Shown piece after piece: positions 13,212 through 25,400 of a stretch of 64,000 bases of DNA. The first letter of the stretch is position 1, and each line of letters opens with the position of its first letter. The notes beneath the pieces were generated by a model. That model saw nothing but the letters and a program-made list of their open reading frames with translations. It searched no databases and was not told where the DNA came from. The position numbers and the translations under genes were made by a program. This stretch comes from Okamejei kenojei (Eukaryota). The stretch covers positions 5,580,001 to 5,644,000 of the forward strand of contig CM069154.1 of NCBI GenBank assembly GCA_035221665.1. Direction: 5' to 3'.

Positions 13212-13624
13212 TTAACAATAAAAAACATGTAATTTGTGCTGTTCAGACAGCTTCATGGTTTCGCAAAGATCATGTGCAGCAAGGAACTGCAGGTGCTGGT
13301 TTACACCAAAGATAGACACAAAGAGCTGGAGTAACTCAGCGGGACAGGCAGCATCTCTGAAGAAACCGACGGGTTTCAATCTCACTACAATAGTGTTCAA
13401 TCTCACTACAACCCACATCCCCATTGAACTAGTAGAAACAAGGAACTGCAGATGCTGGTTAATACACAAAAGGACACAAAGTGCTGGAGTAACTCAATGG
13501 GTCAGGAACTATCTCTGGAGAAAGTGGATAGGTTACGATTCATAGAAATATATAACCATAGAAAATAGGCGCAGAAGTAGGCAATTCGGCCATTCGAGCC
13601 AGCAGTGCCATTCAATATGATTTT

Positions 13625-14215
13625 CAATCAAAGACTTTATTGTCATTCAAAAATACACCAACAACTTCAAGTTGGAATGAAATTTCGTTGCATCTGGCTC
13701 ACCGTGCAACATAAAATAACAAAAGGATAAAATATATAAAAAGATCAAATAGATAAAAAGATAAAATAGATAATAGTGGCGGCACATTATATGGAATTCA
13801 AGAGTCTGATGGCTCGGGGGAAGAAGCTGTTGCAGAACCTGGCCGTTCACTCCTTATACTGCGATACCTTTTGCCCGAGGGCAGCAGAGTGAACAGTCCA
13901 TGATGGAGATGTGTGGGGTCTTTTATAATGCTGTTGACCTTGGACAAGCAACGTTTGCGCGCAATGTCCCGGATTGAAGGAAGAGAAGTCCCGATGATTT
14001 TTTCAGCCATCCTCACCACTCTCTGCACGGACTTCCAGTCGGAGGCTTTGCAGTCCCCAAACCAGACAGATGCAGCTGGTCAAAATGCTCTCTATGGTGC
14101 CCCTGTAGAAAGTGGTGAGGACGGGATGGGGAGGTGAGCTCTTCTCATCCGGCGCAGAAAGTGCAAACGCTGCTGCGCTCTCTTTACTAGTGATGCGATG
14201 TTTTGTGACAAGGTC
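13625..14215 (-). mobile_element. Rex/Babar LINE 3' fragment
   Basis: LTTFYRGTIESILTSCI, QRVVRMAEKIIGTSLPSI, HGLFTLLPSGKRYRSI. Confidence 0.8.
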
Positions 14216-16133
14216 AGACTGTTCATGGCTGATCATCCAAAATCAGTACCCTCTTCTGCTTGCTCCCCCTATCCCATGATTCCATTAGCCCTAAGAACTA
14301 TATCTAACTCTCTCTTGAATACATCCAGTGAATTGGCCTCCACTGCCCTCTGTGGCAAAGAATTCTACAGATTCACAACTCTGGGTGAAAAGGTTTTTCC
14401 TCATCTGGCCTACCCCTTATTCAGGTCTCAACCCAAAACGTCACCTATCGATGTTCTCCAGAGATGCTGCCTGACCTGCTGCCTTACTCCAGCACTTTGT
14501 GCTTTACTAAAGCTGAATAGCCAGCTGCCTGTGGTGTCAGTGGTGACTCAGCAGGTCAGGCAGTATCTGTGGAGAACATGGACATGTGACGTTTCAAGTC
14601 ATGACCATGAGATACTCCCTGACCTACTGAGTTACGTCAGCACTTTGTGCCCCATTGAACTAAACTTCCCGGCGTGTGGAGGAAGCTGGATCTGCCACTG
14701 ATGTTTCAAACTCCACGTCCACCTGGAATAATTATGATGTGTCTTTTTCACACAATGGACCAAACTGATCTAAGCTACATTTTAATATAAAATTGCATAC
14801 ATGTAAGGCTACAAGTAACAAACAAAATGTGTAGATCACCTCTGAAAAGCACATAGTTACAATACCACATGTTTTTGTGACTGTGAAATGATTTAAAAAA
14901 AAGTAATTTAATTAAATAGATCCTGGAAAACCAATAACCATTGGTGAAAAACCAATCCAGGCATTACATTTTGGGCTTCAGCCCCATCCTACCCTTTGGG
15001 CTTCTACCCCATCCTAACTTAGTTGCGTGTGTTAGTTGTCTGTGCATGATGTGTGTGTGGGAGGGAAGGAGAGAAGGGAGGGAGAGGGCCCGTGGCGGGA
15101 GCTGAGGCCGGGATCCGGGCGGATGGGTGTGAGCTGAGGCCGATGTTTGTAAACGTCGCTCCAACCCCCGGCCCGGCCCTCCCTGTATTGTTCACCGCGT
15201 CTCCCCGGGGAGAGAGAGGGGTGGAGCTGGGGCTGTGTGGGAAGCACGGCGACTGGAGGGGCGGGAGCGCTGCCGTGAGCAAACGACGCACCTCCCCCTC
15301 TCCCCCTTCTCCCTCTTCTCCGTTTCCCCTCCCCGTCTACCCCTTTCTTCCCCCTCCACCTCTCTACTCTATCTCCGCCCCTCTCTCCCCCCCTCCACCC
15401 GGGGTAGATCTACCTGAGCCGAGAGTAGATAACTCTGGCGTGGGGCCCCCTTACTCGCGGGGCCCAATTGGGAGCAATCGGTCCAAACGGCTTAAGGCCG
15501 GCCCCGGGTACATGGATAGGACAGGTTTGTAGGGACATGGACCTAACATGGACAGGTGGGACTAGTGTTGCTGAGACATGTTGGCCGGTGTGGGCAAGTT
15601 GGGCTGAGGGCCTGTTTCTACACTGTATCACTATGACTCTAACACATGTGAAACTCTGCAGATTCAGGATCTGGGATGGAGACACATGATCAGATCAGTC
15701 CAGGTCCGCTCACAAGCCACAAGACAAATGCCTTGAAGGAGAACTCAGAGGCTGGGGAAAGCACAGTGTGGAGAACAGCTCGAGCAGCAGAGTCTGTAAA
15801 GCAGCTGTTTTTTCTCAGGAGAGATTACCTCAACTTCTCCAAATGCTAAATTGGACAGTCACTCTGGTGCTTCCTCATTTGAGATGCCCACCTGTTCCTC
15901 TGGCTGGCTCTCACAGGTTTTTTCTTTGAATGTGCTAAGATTTAGATTCAACATTTCCCATTGCAGTGCGTGGAGGGAGTGCCGTGTGTCTTTGATGGAC
16001 ACTAAATGCTGGAGTAACTCAGCGGGTCAGGCGGCATCTCTGGAGAGAAGCAATGGGTGACATTTTGGGTTGAGACCCTTCTTCAGACCAACAGTCAGCG
16101 AGGGAGGAAGTCAAGAGATATGCAAGTGGTAAA

Positions 16134-16330
16134 GCATTTAGCTGATCTGCTGTCAAGTCACTGAGAAAGTTCACCTGGAGATAGTTTGCACCAGAATAGT
16201 GGAGCAAACTCTCTGGTCCAGGGCAAGAGTTACCCCAACACCCAAGATCAACAAGGCCAGCTGTCGGGTCATTTTCTACAGGGAGCTAGCTGTGTGCAAT
16301 TTGGCTGCACACAACACGACAACAACCGCT
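16134..16330 (+). mobile_element. Degenerate Deu-domain SINE (SacSINE1-like) in intron 1
   Basis: gggagctagctgtgtgcaatttggctgc resembles the recalled DeuSINE core; paralogous to 44161-44400. Confidence 0.5.
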
Positions 16331-16476
16331 GATGGAAGTCTCTACAGGAACTAATGAGTGTTGAGCACTTCATCATCAGCTCCCCACACAGTACAGAGAG
16401 GTCTGTGTTTACAAATAATTCAAAGCACTGGTAAATAATTCTAAAGGACAGAGCATTTTGTAAAACAACGATTTAC

Positions 16477-16573
16477 CTGATGTGAGACCAACAGCGACAA
16501 GAACCAACAGAGCGACTGTTCCCCTGGATCTGGGCCGTTTCTGGTGGGTGAATTCTCCCTGTCCCACCGCCAT
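16477..16573 (-). CDS. Signal-peptide (leader) exon of the minus-strand CD300/MDIR-like gene
   Basis: gacATGG Kozak context. MAVGQGEFTHQKRPRSRGTVALLVLVAVGLTS(G): basic n-region then hydrophobic h-region. Phase-1 donor G|gtaaat is in frame with both V exons. Confidence 0.8.
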
Positions 16574-16599
16574 GTCTCGGCTGCGTTGGATCGGTTTGG

Positions 16600-16720
16600 T
16601 TCCTGCACTGCGTTTGAGTTGTCCTCTTCCTCATTCACAACAGAAGTCAAACAGTCAATGTCCGTTTACTCAGGAAATGACTTTGCAGTGGTTCGAGACT
16701 AAGTTGGTGACTCACTTGCC
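16600..16720 (-). promoter_or_regulatory. Putative TATA-less myeloid-type promoter
   Basis: PU.1/ETS-like aatgaggaagagg (16623-16635), caggaaat (~16671) and AP-1 TGACTCA (16708-16714), directly upstream of the leader ATG. Confidence 0.45.
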
Positions 16721-18440
16721 ACCTCCCCCAGCCTCCTCACCACGAACAATGCACCTATCAGGAGTGGGCTGCAATGCTCTCCTGTTGCCTGGATTGGAGC
16801 ATCTCCTCGAAGCTCTGCTTCATCCTGGTGACGTTTGCCCGCTTGTCAGGCACTCTGTCCACCACCGCAAACATTCCCTTGCCCACCACCTCAACCCCCT
16901 CCCTCAAATGCGGGAACACTGTGTCTGAACATGTATGGGATTAGGAGGCAGAGATCAGCCATGCTTGAATGGCGGAGGAGACTCGATGGGCCGAATGGCC
17001 ATATTCTACTCCTGGAACGTGGAACTTGTGAACTGTTTGCCCACCTCAAAATGCGTATCACTAATTTGTCCAGCCTTCCTCAGCTTCTCATGTTTTGAAA
17101 CGTTACCCGGGAGAAATAGGGCACCAACGGAACGGAAATGAGGAAACATTTTTTTCACACAGAGTGTTGTGAGTCTCTGGAATTCTCTGCTTCAGAGAGC
17201 GGTGGATGCCGGTTCTCTGGATACTTTCAAGAGAGAGCTAGATAGGGCTCTTAAAGATAGCGGGCTCTTCCAGATGACTCTCTCACGCACTTACTATCCT
17301 ATCTAACTCTCTCTATTCTTCTTATTCTTCTTCTTCTTAAAATATAAAATAAGGAGTGGTACAGGAAATGTATTATGTTATTTTTGTCTTATATCATTGT
17401 AATGTACATTACTTCTAATAAAGACATTAAAAAAAAAAGATAGCAGAGTCAGGGGATATGGGGAGAAGGCAGGAACGGGATACTGATTGTGGATGATCAG
17501 CCATGATCACATTGAATAGTGGTGCTGGCTCGAAGGGCTGAATGGCCTACTCCTGCACCTATTGTCTGTTGTCTATTGTAAAATGCGATCAGATAAGTCA
17601 ACTCATGTCACCAGATAAACTCCTTGAAAGACAATTCAAATATTTGAGCATCGGAGACCAGGTAAAGCTTAGTTTGAAGATGTGATTCATAAAATCATGG
17701 AGTGATACAGCACGGAAATAGCTTGCCTATGCCGATCAAGATGCCCCATGTACGCTAGTGCCTCTTTAGTTTAGTTTCGTTTAGAGATACAATACGGAAA
17801 CAGGCCCTCTGGCCCACCGTGTCCGCACCATCCAGTGATCCCCGCACAGCAGCACAAATGTTTACATTTACACCAACCCAATTAACCTACAAACCTGTAC
17901 ATCTTTGGAGTGTGGGAGGAAACTGAAGTTCTCGGAGAAAACTATGTACAGACAAGCACCTGAAGCCGGGATTGAACCCGGGTATCTGCCGCTGTTATGC
18001 AATGTAAGGCAGCAACTCTACAGCTGCGCCACCATAAAAACCAGGCCTGCATTTGACCCCTGTCCCTACAAACCTTGCCTATCCACATACCATGTCCTAA
18101 TGCTTTTAAATGTTGTTAATAGTACCCGTCCCCACTACCTCCTCTGGACATGCTCCTTCCATGTACCCATCAGCTTCTGTGAGATAACATTGTTGAGGTA
18201 GGATTAGGGTTGTGTGAGGGAGAAGACAAAGGAGATTGCATATACTAGAATCTGGAACAATAGGCAGAACACCTGAAAAACTCAACGGGTCAAGCAGCAT
18301 CTGTGGAGGCAAAAAGTGCATGTTTGTATTCCGGCCGAGACACTACTTCCTGACTGAGGTTGAAAACTGGATGTTTACCAATATATGGCAGAACAAAGAG
18401 GAGATGGGTCAAACGTGGGTAAGTGGAACTAGTGGACTAG

Positions 18441-18745
18441 GGTGGCACGGTGGCGCAGTGGTAGAGTTGCTGCCTTACTGCGTTTACAGTCGGGTTCGAT
18501 CCCGACTACGGGTGCTGTCTGTATGGAGTTTGTACGTTCTCCCCGTGACCGCCTGGGTTTTCTCCAAGATCTTCAGTTTCCTCCCACACTCCAAAGCCAT
18601 ATAGGTTAGTAGGTTAGTTGGCTTGGTATAAGTGTAAATAGTCCCTAGTGCGTGTAGGATGTTAATGCGGTGGGATCACTGTTCGGTGCGAACTCGGTGA
18701 ACTGAAGGGCCAGTTTCCACGCTGTATCTCTAAACTAAACTAAAC
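18441..18745 (+). mobile_element. tRNA-derived HE1/V-SINE-like SINE (representative; further copies near 17770, 20040, 23120, 25420, 31450, 34135, 37215, 38985, 40085, 40520, 50425, 53730)
   Basis: A box tggcgcagtgg, B box ggttcgatcc, conserved core gagtttgtacgttctccccgtg, (ctaaa)n tail. Confidence 0.8.
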
Positions 18746-18793
18746 TAGTTTAGGTTTAAGATAGAAATGCAGATGCTGGAAAAATCGATGGTA

Positions 18794-19237
18794 GACAAGA
18801 ATAAACTAATAAACAAAGATAACAGTGCTCCAGCCAGCCTCGCAATGGGCCGTCGAACTAGAGTCTCTAACCTGCCTAAATGGAAATAACCCTGAAACAA
18901 AACACTCAGGTCAGCCCTTATCCATCCCAATTCAATATTAATCGACAAATGTAGGTAATAATACACAAAGTTTTATGCCATGTGGCCAGGCCTCCTGCAG
19001 CTCACACCAGCAACCTGCTCACGAGTCAGGGTCGACGAAGAGAGAGAGATTTCTGGGAGCTTCTGGTATTTAAGGTTCCGATGAGTCACCCATCACCTGA
19101 CACAGCTTGGCCAATCGGGTACAGGAGCCCTTAACACCTTGATTCCGACTTCCAGCCACGGGGCCTGCACTCAGGAGAGAAACAAAAGAGTTAAGTACAT
19201 AGCATTCACCAGAGGGGGGGGGGGGAAGTACCTAACA
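18794..19237 (-). mobile_element. Truncated copy of the solo LTR (poly(A)/U5 end missing)
   Basis: Matches 32691-33148; ends ...cctaaca followed by acaag. Confidence 0.8.
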
Positions 19238-19242
19238 ACAAG

Positions 19243-19418
19243 TATAAGGAAGGTAGGTTTTGCAGAGATCATCAGAATCGATGACTGCTTCCAAATGATG
19301 TCCATTAATACTTTCAAACATGCTGATAAAATAAAACAAACGGAAAGTGTTTACATAAAGTATTTCACAAATTCAGGCCAAACCAATGCTCTACGAAGAT
19401 GATATCAATAGGTCTTGA
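19243..19418 (+). pseudogene. Orphan 3' end of a receptor paralogue: last 10 nt of the TM exon plus the cytoplasmic exon (19377-19418)
   Basis: tataaggaag|gtaggt ... ttcag|AKPMLYEDDINRS*, identical to 33154-33331. Confidence 0.55.
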
Positions 19419-19465
19419 CAAGATGTTTGTGTGCAGAATGAACTGAAGTGCTTGATGTAAATGTT

Positions 19466-19837
19466 GTAGAGCCCTGTCTAGCTCTCTCTTGAAAGCATCC
19501 AGAGCACCTGCCTCCACCGCCCTCTGAGGCAGAAAATTCCACAGACTCACCACTCTCTGTGAGAAAAAGTGTTTCCTCGTTTCCGTTCTAAATGGCTTAC
19601 TCCTTATTCTTAAACTGTGGCTCCTGGTTCTGGACTCCCCCAACATCGGGAACATGTTTCCTGCCTCTAGCGTATCCAAGCCCTTAACAATCTTATATGT
19701 TTCAATGAGATATCTTCTCATCCTTCTCAACTCCAGAGTGTACAAGTCCAGCTGCTCCATTCTCTCAGCATATGACAATCCCGCCATCCCGGGAATTAAC
19801 CTTGTAAACCTACGCTGCATTCCCTCAATAGCAAGAA
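19466..19837 (-). mobile_element. CR1 fragment (paralogue at ~33380-33752)
   Basis: QRRFTRLIPGMAGLSYAERMEQL...ESRTRSHSLRIR. Confidence 0.85.
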
Positions 19838-21679
19838 TCTATTCACTCAGTAAAGGTGCCATTTAAACAATGTTGCTAGCCTTCATATTTTGCTGAGCAG
19901 TTTTCAAGTCAAGTCTGGCTTATTCTTATATGCACGTATGGTGAGGTGCAGGTACAATGAAAATCACGCTTGTGGCAACATCACAGGCACATACACGTGG
20001 ACACACAAAAATATAAATGATACATAGGGTGTACGTGTGTACAGCAGTGGAGTTGCTGCCTTCATTTCAGCGCCAGAGACGCGATTTTGATCCTGACTAC
20101 GGATGCTGTCTGTACGGAGTTTGCATGTTCTCCCCATGACCAATTTTCTCTGAGATCTTTGGTTTCTTCCCACACACCAAAGACGTGCAGGTTTGTAGGT
20201 TAATTGCCTTCGGTAAAACTGTAAATTGACCCTAGTGTGTGCAGGATAGTGCTGGTGTGCGGGTGGGATCGCTGGTTGGCGTGAACTATGTGGGCCAAAG
20301 GTCCTGTTTCTATGCTGTATCTCTAAACTAAACTAAACTCAACTAAGACGTCCAATTCCACTGAAGAAAAGGTCACCATATCTCTCAAGCTAATTGGCAC
20401 TTTACTCAAAGCAATGGGTTCCACCTGACAATCTTGTTCTCTTTATTCACTGCATGTGAAAACAGCTGAGACTTAATTTTATTTCCTTGCCTCAATATAA
20501 CTTGAATAATCTTATGAATGAATGATGAATGAATGAATAGGTTTATATGAATGAATAGGTTTATTGGCCAAGTATTCACATACAAGGAATTTGCCTTGGT
20601 GCTCCGTTCGCAAGTACAATATGACATACAGTGACATTAGGAATGACACCTAAAACATTAAACATTAACAATAAAATATACTTTTATAACAGAACCAATG
20701 ACAATTACACTATCTCCAATTACAAGATTGATATCAACAGTACTCAAAACAAATATAGTGCAAGGTATATTCTTCTCATAACTTTTTTTATGCGCTGGAA
20801 CTGAATCCATGTCGAGGACATTTGGTCGATTTTGTTTTGTTAAATGCACGCGTCAAGAGTGCTTGATTGTCATATTTACCGACAAGGGAGCAATATAACG
20901 CTTTGTTTCAGGAGCACAACGAGTCTGCAGCTTTAGAGAGTTATACAGCACGAAACGCACCCTTCAGCCCAACTTGTCCATGTCGACCAAGATGCCCCAT
21001 CTACTCTAGTTCCTCCTGCCAGCGTTTGGTCCATTTCCTTCTAAACCAGTCCTATTCATGTAACTGTCCAAAAGCCTTTAAAATGTTTTTGTAGCACCTG
21101 CCTCAACTACCTCATCAGTTAGCTCATTCCATACACCCACAACTCACTGTGTAAAAACATGATGCCCCTCAGGATCCTATTAAATCTTTTCGCTTTCACC
21201 TGAAGCCTTGTCCCCGAGTCTTGATTCCCCTTTGCTAGGTAAGAGACTTGTTTCCCTTGTTACCCTTGTTTCCCTTTCCCGAACTCTGTTTGAAGAAAGG
21301 TCTCGACTCAAAACATCACCTATTCCTTTACTCTAGAGATGCTGCCTGACCCGATGAGTAACTCTAGGTTTTTGTGTCTATCTTCGGTTTAAACGAGCAA
21401 CACATATCCTATCTATTCCCCTCATTGTGCTTGTAAACACAATGCACACAGTTAATATATAATGTACAAAAATTAATTAGTTAATAAGTCCAATAAGGGC
21501 AAAAAATAACTGATGTCTTTAGTGCAACCAAAGACTGTCCATACTTGATAGTTGAGGTTAGTGTGCAGTGTTCAAAAGCCTAATTTTTGCTGCTGAGAAG
21601 CTGTTCTTGAACCTGGAGGTCACCGTTTTCAGGCTCCTCAACCTTCTTCCCAATGGCAGGAGTGAAACGAGAGCGTGGT

Positions 21680-22553
21680 CAGAGTGTCATAGAGCCATAG
21701 AGTGATACAGTGTGGAAACAGGCCCTTCGGCCCAACTTGCCCACACCCGCCAACAATGTCCCAGGTACACTAGTCCCACTTGCCTGTGCTTGGTCCATAT
21801 CTCTCCAAATGTGTCCTATCCATGTATCTGTCCAACTGTTTCCTAAATGATGGGATAGTCCCAGCCTCAATTACCTCCTCTGGCATCTTGTTCCATACAC
21901 CCACCACCCTTTGTGTGGAAAAAGATACCCCTCAGATTCCTATTAAATCTTTTCCCCTTCACCTTGAACCTATGTCCTCTGGTCCTCGATTCCCCTACTC
22001 TGGGCAAAAGACTTTGTACATCCACCCAACCTATTCCTTTCATGATCTTATACACCTCTTTCAGATCACCCCTTATCCTCCTGGGCTCGATGGAATAGAG
22101 ATCCTGCCTAATCAACCTCACCCTATAGCTCACACACTCTAGTCCTGGCAACATCCTCGTAAATCTTTTCGGAACCCTTTCAAGCTTGACAGTATCTTTC
22201 CTATATCATGGTGCCCAGAACTGAACACAATATTCTAAATGCGGTCTCACCATCATCTTAGACAACAGCAACATGACCTCCGAACTTCTATTCTCAATAT
22301 TCTGACTGATGAAGGCCAAAGTGCCAAAAGTCTTTTTGACCGTTTTATCTACCTGTGACTCAACCTTCAAGGAATCGTGCACCTGTACTCCTAGATCCCT
22401 CTGCTCTACAACACTACCCAGAGGCCTGCCATTTACTGTGTAGGTCCTGGCCTTGTTTGACGTCCCAAAATGCAACACCTCACACTTCTCTGTATTAAAT
22501 TCCATCAACCAATGCTCCGCCCACCAGGCCAATCGATCCAGATCCGGCTGCAA
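21680..22553 (-). mobile_element. CR1 3' fragment (paralogue at ~35779-36652)
   Basis: DLDRLAWWAEHWLMEFNTEKCEVLHFG, VRPHLEYCVQFW, ESRTRGHRFKVKG. Confidence 0.88.
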
Positions 22554-22800
22554 TCAAAGGGGTTATGGGGAGAAGGCAGGAGAATGGGGTTAGGAGGGAG
22601 AGATAGATGAGCCATGAATGAATGGCAGGGTAGACTTGATGGGTCGTATCACTTATGACCTGATGAGCGTATTACCAAATATTCCTCATTCGTGCCAGGT
22701 TTGTGACTCTTTTCACCATTTTCATTACTCTATAAACATTAATTTATGTTTGAAATGTGCTGAGAAGATTTGAAATTCGAGAGTTAACCTGCAAGATCAT

Positions 22801-22915
22801 TGTGGTTTCATACACAAGGTCTTGCTGACCTCTTCCTCATTTATGTTCCTCGTAATGTTTCTACTTAAACGTTATTTTGCAATGAAGAGGAAGAGCTGAG
22901 TGACTTATGAGTGAC
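22801..22915. promoter_or_regulatory. Putative myeloid enhancer motif cluster (duplicated at ~36898-37012)
   Basis: RUNX TGTGGTTT, two PU.1-like GAGGAAG, C/EBP half-site TTGCAAT and two tgagtgac AP-1-like sites within 115 bp. Confidence 0.4.
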
Positions 22916-24243
22916 AATAAACTTAACTAGCTCACTAACTAACAAAAACCTTCAAAATGTAAACTAACAACTAGTGCTAAAAATATTTTTGATATAGTGT
23001 AGTCCTTGTGCAAAGTGCAAATATAAGCTTGAATGTTATCATGGACAAAAGAGGGATTGGAGGGGATGACTGCGGTGAAAAAGCTCCTTTATTATGTTGG
23101 CTGCTTTCTTGAGGCAGGGTGGCACAGTGACACAGCGGTGGAGTTGCTGCCAGACGCCTGGGACAATCCTGACTACGGAGATTGTACGTTCTCCCTGTGA
23201 CCGCGTGGTTTTTCTCTGGGTGCTCTGGTTTCCTCCCACATTCCAAAGATGTGCAGGTTTGTAGGTTAATTGGCTTCTGTAATTTGTACCCAGTGTGCAC
23301 GATAGAACTAGTGTATGAGTGATTGCTGGTCAGAGCGAACTTAGTGGGGCAAAGGGCATGTTTCCATGCTGTGTCTCTAAACTACACTAAACACGACAGG
23401 AACAAGCCCTCAGGCCCACAATGTCCGTGCCGAACATAATGCCAGGAACCAGGCCATCTGATAGATGAACTGAGGCCCAGGCCAGTTTCAATTTTAGAAT
23501 TTCAAGCAGAAGCCCCTCAATTTTAGAGGCCCCCAAATCAAGATCCCTTTGAAGCTACAGGCATGAGGCCCATGCCAAATGGCACTTGTTGCCCCCCCTC
23601 TGATAGTGCTTGCCCTGAACAAACCCTTATCTGCCTGCACATAATCCATATCACTCCAGCCCTGCATATCCCTGCACTTATCTAAAAGTCTCTTACATCG
23701 CACTCTCGTGTTCATTTCCAATAGGTTTGAAGAAGCTGTTTGTGAAACAGGTGGAGTATAATTTCAAGCTTTTATATCTTCTGCCTTGATGGGAGAGGGG
23801 AGAAGAGGGGACGGCTGGGGTGTAAATGGTCCTTAATTATGTTGTCTGCTTTCTTGAGGCATCGTGAGGTATAGATGGCTCAATGGTGGGATACGATGCA
23901 TCTATAGAATCTATAACATAGATAGGTGATGTTTCGGGTCGGGGTCCTTCTTCAGACCCGTCAAAATGTAGAAACAAGAAACCAAAGATACTGGTTTACA
24001 CAAAAGACACAAAGTGCTGGAGTAACTCAGTGGGTTAGACAGCATGCCTGGAGATCAAATAGAAAAAAATTAACTGCAAAAGCTTGTTTACAAAAAGAGC
24101 AAGCAGTTGTGTTTGCCTCACCACATCCACACTTTATAACATTAACAAACAATTGTTCCTTCCTATTTTTTCTAAGTTGCTTCATACGTTTATTGTTTGG
24201 CCAATAAAATTTAATAATAAAAAATGTAACACATTACATTATG

Positions 24244-24518
24244 TTTAAGAAAGAACTGCAGATGCTGGCAAAAGCATAGGTAGACAAAAATGCTGGAGAA
24301 ACTCAGCGGGTGAGGCAGCATCTATGGAGCGAAGGAATAGGTGATGTTTCGGGTCGAGACCCTTCTTCAGACTGATGTGGAGGTGGGTGGGCGGGGCGGG
24401 AAGAAGAAAGGAAGAGGCGGAGACAGTAGGCTGTGGGAGAGCTGGGAAGGGGAGGGGAAGAAGGGAGAAATCAAGGACTACCTGAAATTGGAGAAGTCAA
24501 TGTTCATACCGCTGGGGT
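24244..24518 (-). mobile_element. Penelope 3' end/pLTR with hammerhead motif
   Basis: Minus strand PSGMNIDFSNFR*, then a pyrimidine-rich UTR and CTGAAGAagggtctcgacccGAAACATC. Confidence 0.75.
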
Positions 24519-24859
24519 ACACTACATATAGTAACTACACTACTACTCGTGTAGGTGGGTAGTTGGGTCAGCATGGTCAAGTTGGGAAGAAGGGCCTGTT
24601 TCTGTGCTGTATGACTATGAGTTTAACTCTGGTGCCAGTGCCCCGCCCTGCTCTGCCCCACTCACCCTTCACCCTGGCACTGTGACATGTGGGTGGATTT
24701 GGACTTGACCATAGTTCTCCACACCTCACAGATCTGATAACCCACCCTGCATAGTCATAACAACCCTAACCTGTAGAATCAATGATTTGGTTTCAAAATA
24801 TTTACACTGGTGTTCAAATCTTCTTATCAACCTCACAACTTCCTATTTCTCAAAAACAG

Positions 24860-25262
24860 ACATATAATGCTGGAGTAACTCAATGGGCCAGGCAGCATCT
24901 CCAGAGAACATGGATAGGTGACGTTTTGGGTTGTGACCCTTCTTCAGGCTGATTGTAGTAGGGGGGAGAAAGCTGGGAGAGAGGTGGGGGAAGGATGAAG
25001 CCTGGCAAGTGATAGGTGGATACAGGTGAGGGAGAGAGGGTTATTGGCTGATGGGTGGACGATGGCCAGAGATGGAAAGAAGATAAAAGACTGTGAGATA
25101 TGGAGAGAAGCATGAAATGTGAAGCTGGAAGAAAGGATATATATATGTGGAAAGGGACGGAGGTTAGGGGAAAGGATTGTTGTGGGTTAGTTACTTAAAA
25201 CTAGAAAATTCAATGTTCCCACCATTGGGTTGCAATCTACCCGAGCGGACTATCAGATATTA
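24860..25262 (-). mobile_element. Penelope 3' end/pLTR (older copy)
   Basis: Minus strand LIVRSGRLQPNGGNIEFSSFK*, followed by a degenerate hammerhead motif at ~24920-24947. Confidence 0.7.
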
Positions 25263-25351
25263 CTGCATCTGTACTTCCTTGTGTCTTCCTGTTTCTCAAC
25301 CTATTTTGACGTGAGTTGCTAGCATTGTGTTGTCACACTGCTACACTGGTG

Positions 25352-25400
25352 ATGGAGAGGCTTGTTCTGGGTGATATTTGTGGGGTTGGGTTTGCTGTAG
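25352..25400 (+). pseudogene. Possible degenerate leader exon of the plus-strand receptor
   Basis: 49-nt ATG to phase-1 G|gtggaa, MERLVLGDICGVGFAV(G). Preceded by ETS-like acttcctt and cttcctgt at ~25273-25293. Weak donor and an Asp in the h-region. Confidence 0.25.

Larger units (their letters stand above)
18794..24373 (+). repeat. Segmental duplication copy 1 (~5.6 kb), paralogous to 32691-38470
   Basis: Colinear near-identical sequence including the LTR, receptor 3' exons, CR1 and SINE insertions. Copy 1 lacks ~180 bp present at ~33804-33983. Confidence 0.95.

Noticed and set aside
14960-15510. GC-rich overlapping ORFs with a hAT-like end (similar element at ~23447-23617)
   Set aside because: Low-complexity translations. 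A second TIR and a TSD could not be confirmed.
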